From Pristiophorus japonicus (Eukaryota), in contig NC_091987.1 of the NCBI RefSeq assembly GCF_044704955.1, positions 26,288,001 through 26,352,000 on the forward strand: a DNA stretch of 64,000 nt, written 5' to 3'. Shown here piece after piece: positions 63,556-64,000 of the stretch. Position 1 is the stretch's first letter. Every line of letters begins with the position of its first letter. A model generated the notes under the pieces. That model made no database searches. It worked only from the letters and a program-made list of their open reading frames with translations, and had not been told where the DNA came from. The position numbers and the translations under genes are program-made.

Positions 63556-64000
63556 TGTTCTCTATGTATAACATAAGTATACTCCCTTTACACTAAATGT
63601 ACATTTACATAAGACTACTGGATGCACCTTCACTGTATACACTATGCTGTACAATCAGAGGGTGCAACTGATGGACAACTAGGGGTCACCTGTACACAAC
63701 TGGTAATCAGGTATAAAAGGGAGCTCACCATGCTGTACCTTCACTCAGGAGCTGTAATAAATGGACTAAGGTCACAACAGTTCAAGTACCTTGCCTCGTG
63801 GAATCATTACTAGAGTGCTTACAGATACAACAACTTGCGACGAGATTACGAATTTCCACACGAAAATGGATAACCTTTTCAACAAATTGCCGATGGGGAA
63901 GATTGGGATGCCTGTGTGGAAAGACTCGAACACTTCTTTATTGTGAACAACCTGGCTGGAGACACACCAACATCGCTGGCTGATAAGCGCAGAGCTATCC
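63556..64000 (+). mobile_element. 5' LTR (63556-63832), PBS-like site and start of gag of a second Gypsy-type element
   Basis: TGT...ACA ends, TATAAAA, AATAAA, PBS-like ACTTGCGACGAG (63833-63844), gag-like DWDA.VERLEHFF..N.L. Confidence 0.75.

Noticed and set aside
1-64000. D, J or C segments, and IgH/IgNAR cluster organisation
   Set aside because: By eye I found no 12-bp RSS, FGxG/WGxG J motif, constant exon or Ig octamer at V promoters; this was not an exhaustive computational scan

Overview
Eukaryotic, repeat-dense DNA, most likely from a shark or other cartilaginous fish (CR1 LINEs with (TTTCTATG)n tails, Deu-domain SINEs, RTE, L2 and Gypsy relics). Between the repeats lies a cluster of antigen-receptor V gene segments, all on the minus strand. 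The well-preserved ones have a 46-nt leader exon, an intron, a V exon and a 22/23-bp-spacer RSS. Their sequences fit T-cell receptor beta V (TRBV). There is one apparently intact V (27369-28298) and one open-frame V with a 3-codon FR2 deletion (8223-9320). The rest are a leader whose V exon lies left of the window (168-213), four clear V pseudogenes (about 11.9, 18.0, 21.3 and 62.1 kb) and weaker V relics. About 30.4-57.6 kb is a three-copy tandem array of a ~9.03-9.07 kb unit. Chimeric CR1 copies at its junctions indicate CR1-mediated unequal crossover. The V promoters share an ETS-CRE composite motif, and the intact V has four ETS sites spaced exactly 39 bp apart. A 28-bp CCAAT/GC-box minisatellite lies about 70 bp from the last RSS. 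Almost all other ORFs in the track are retroelement fragments or repeat artefacts. Family assignments come from motif recognition by eye, with no database search.
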